From a virus, in IMG/VR virus record IMGVR_UViG_3300028840_002420, positions 32,001-96,000 of that record: 64,000 bases of DNA; one strand, given 5' to 3'. The notes under the pieces are model-generated. The model saw nothing but the letters and a program-made list of their open reading frames with translations, did not search any database and was not told where the DNA came from. How positions within the stretch are numbered: position 1 is the stretch's first letter; each line of letters starts with the position of its first letter. Both the position numbers and the translations under genes were made by a program. Shown in pieces: positions 63,552 to 64,000 of the stretch.

Positions 63552-63863
63552 ATGCCGCAGCTCAAGCTACCTTTCCGCGGGGCGATTTTGTCGCGGAAGC
63601 ATGGCGGAACGGCGAAGTGCCGCGGCTATTGCCGGTATTGGAAGACGCGTCCGCGGCAGCTCGAAGATTGGCTGCTTTGCGCTGGTAGTATCGATTGGCC
63701 TCCGTGTCCGGACTATCAGGTTTGTCGGGCCAATCCAGCTCCGCGGTTGGTCATTGTCAAAGACCCGTCCAAGCCGCCACCAAACTACACACTGCGGCCG
63801 AAAGGCCAGAGAGGGGGAGCCAATGCCGAAGACGGCGGGAACCTACCCGATGACACCAATTGA
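63552..63863 (+). CDS. Cys-rich basic hypothetical protein
   Basis: ATG follows a TAACAT -10-like box. Confidence 0.45.
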   Translation: MPQLKLPFRGAILSRKHGGTAKCRGYCRYWKTRPRQLEDWLLCAGSIDWPPCPDYQVCRANPAPRLVIVKDPSKPPPNYTLRPKGQRGGANAEDGGNLPDDTN

Positions 63864-64000
63864 AGATCATATCGCCCGCGCTTTGTCACTCGCTGGGCTG
63901 AGTAGCCGTGAGATCGCTAAGATGCTCGGACGGAGCGATAAGACGATCAGCCTGGCCTTTGAGCGTGCGAGTGCGAGCGAGGATGATCATCCATTATTGC
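63850..64000 (+). CDS. HTH protein (3' partial)
   Basis: AGLSSREIAKMLGRSDKTIS. Confidence 0.65.
   Translation, partial: MTPIEDHIARALSLAGLSSREIAKMLGRSDKTISLAFERASASEDDHPLL

Overview
This window is a 64-kb internal segment of a large, GC-rich tailed phage genome. The baseplate genes indicate a contractile tail (myovirus type). Spanin-like genes point to a diderm host, and one small gene suggests Myxococcota; both are inferences. Layout: 1-13.0 kb, baseplate and tail-fibre genes; 13.0-15.0 kb, holin/spanin-like membrane genes with no endolysin seen; 15.0-17.8 kb, a switch region with four tRNAs (three short-arm Leu plus Tyr), two minus-strand genes and a candidate replication origin; 17.8-44.2 kb, replication and recombination genes (UvsW-like helicase, Hfq-like protein, DnaB, J-domain protein, primase, sigma factor, histone-H1-like protein, UvsY-like protein, gp32-like SSB, RecA, PolA, SbcDC, resolvase, ParB-methyltransferase, sliding clamp); 44-64 kb, about 50 small, translationally coupled accessory ORFs. 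The most unusual signals are regulatory and structural: (1) five copies of a GCWACA-N16/17-CATAGTAG promoter-like motif, one overlapping the end of the phage sigma gene; (2) a dense TGCGGA/TCCGCA motif that straddles the -35 boxes of host-type promoters at 21-bp spacing; (3) an SSB with long prion-like PQQGY tracts, apparently co-transcribed with an H1-like protein; (4) an Hfq-like gene together with several structured intergenic RNA candidates. All protein calls come from motif recognition by eye; no database search was run.
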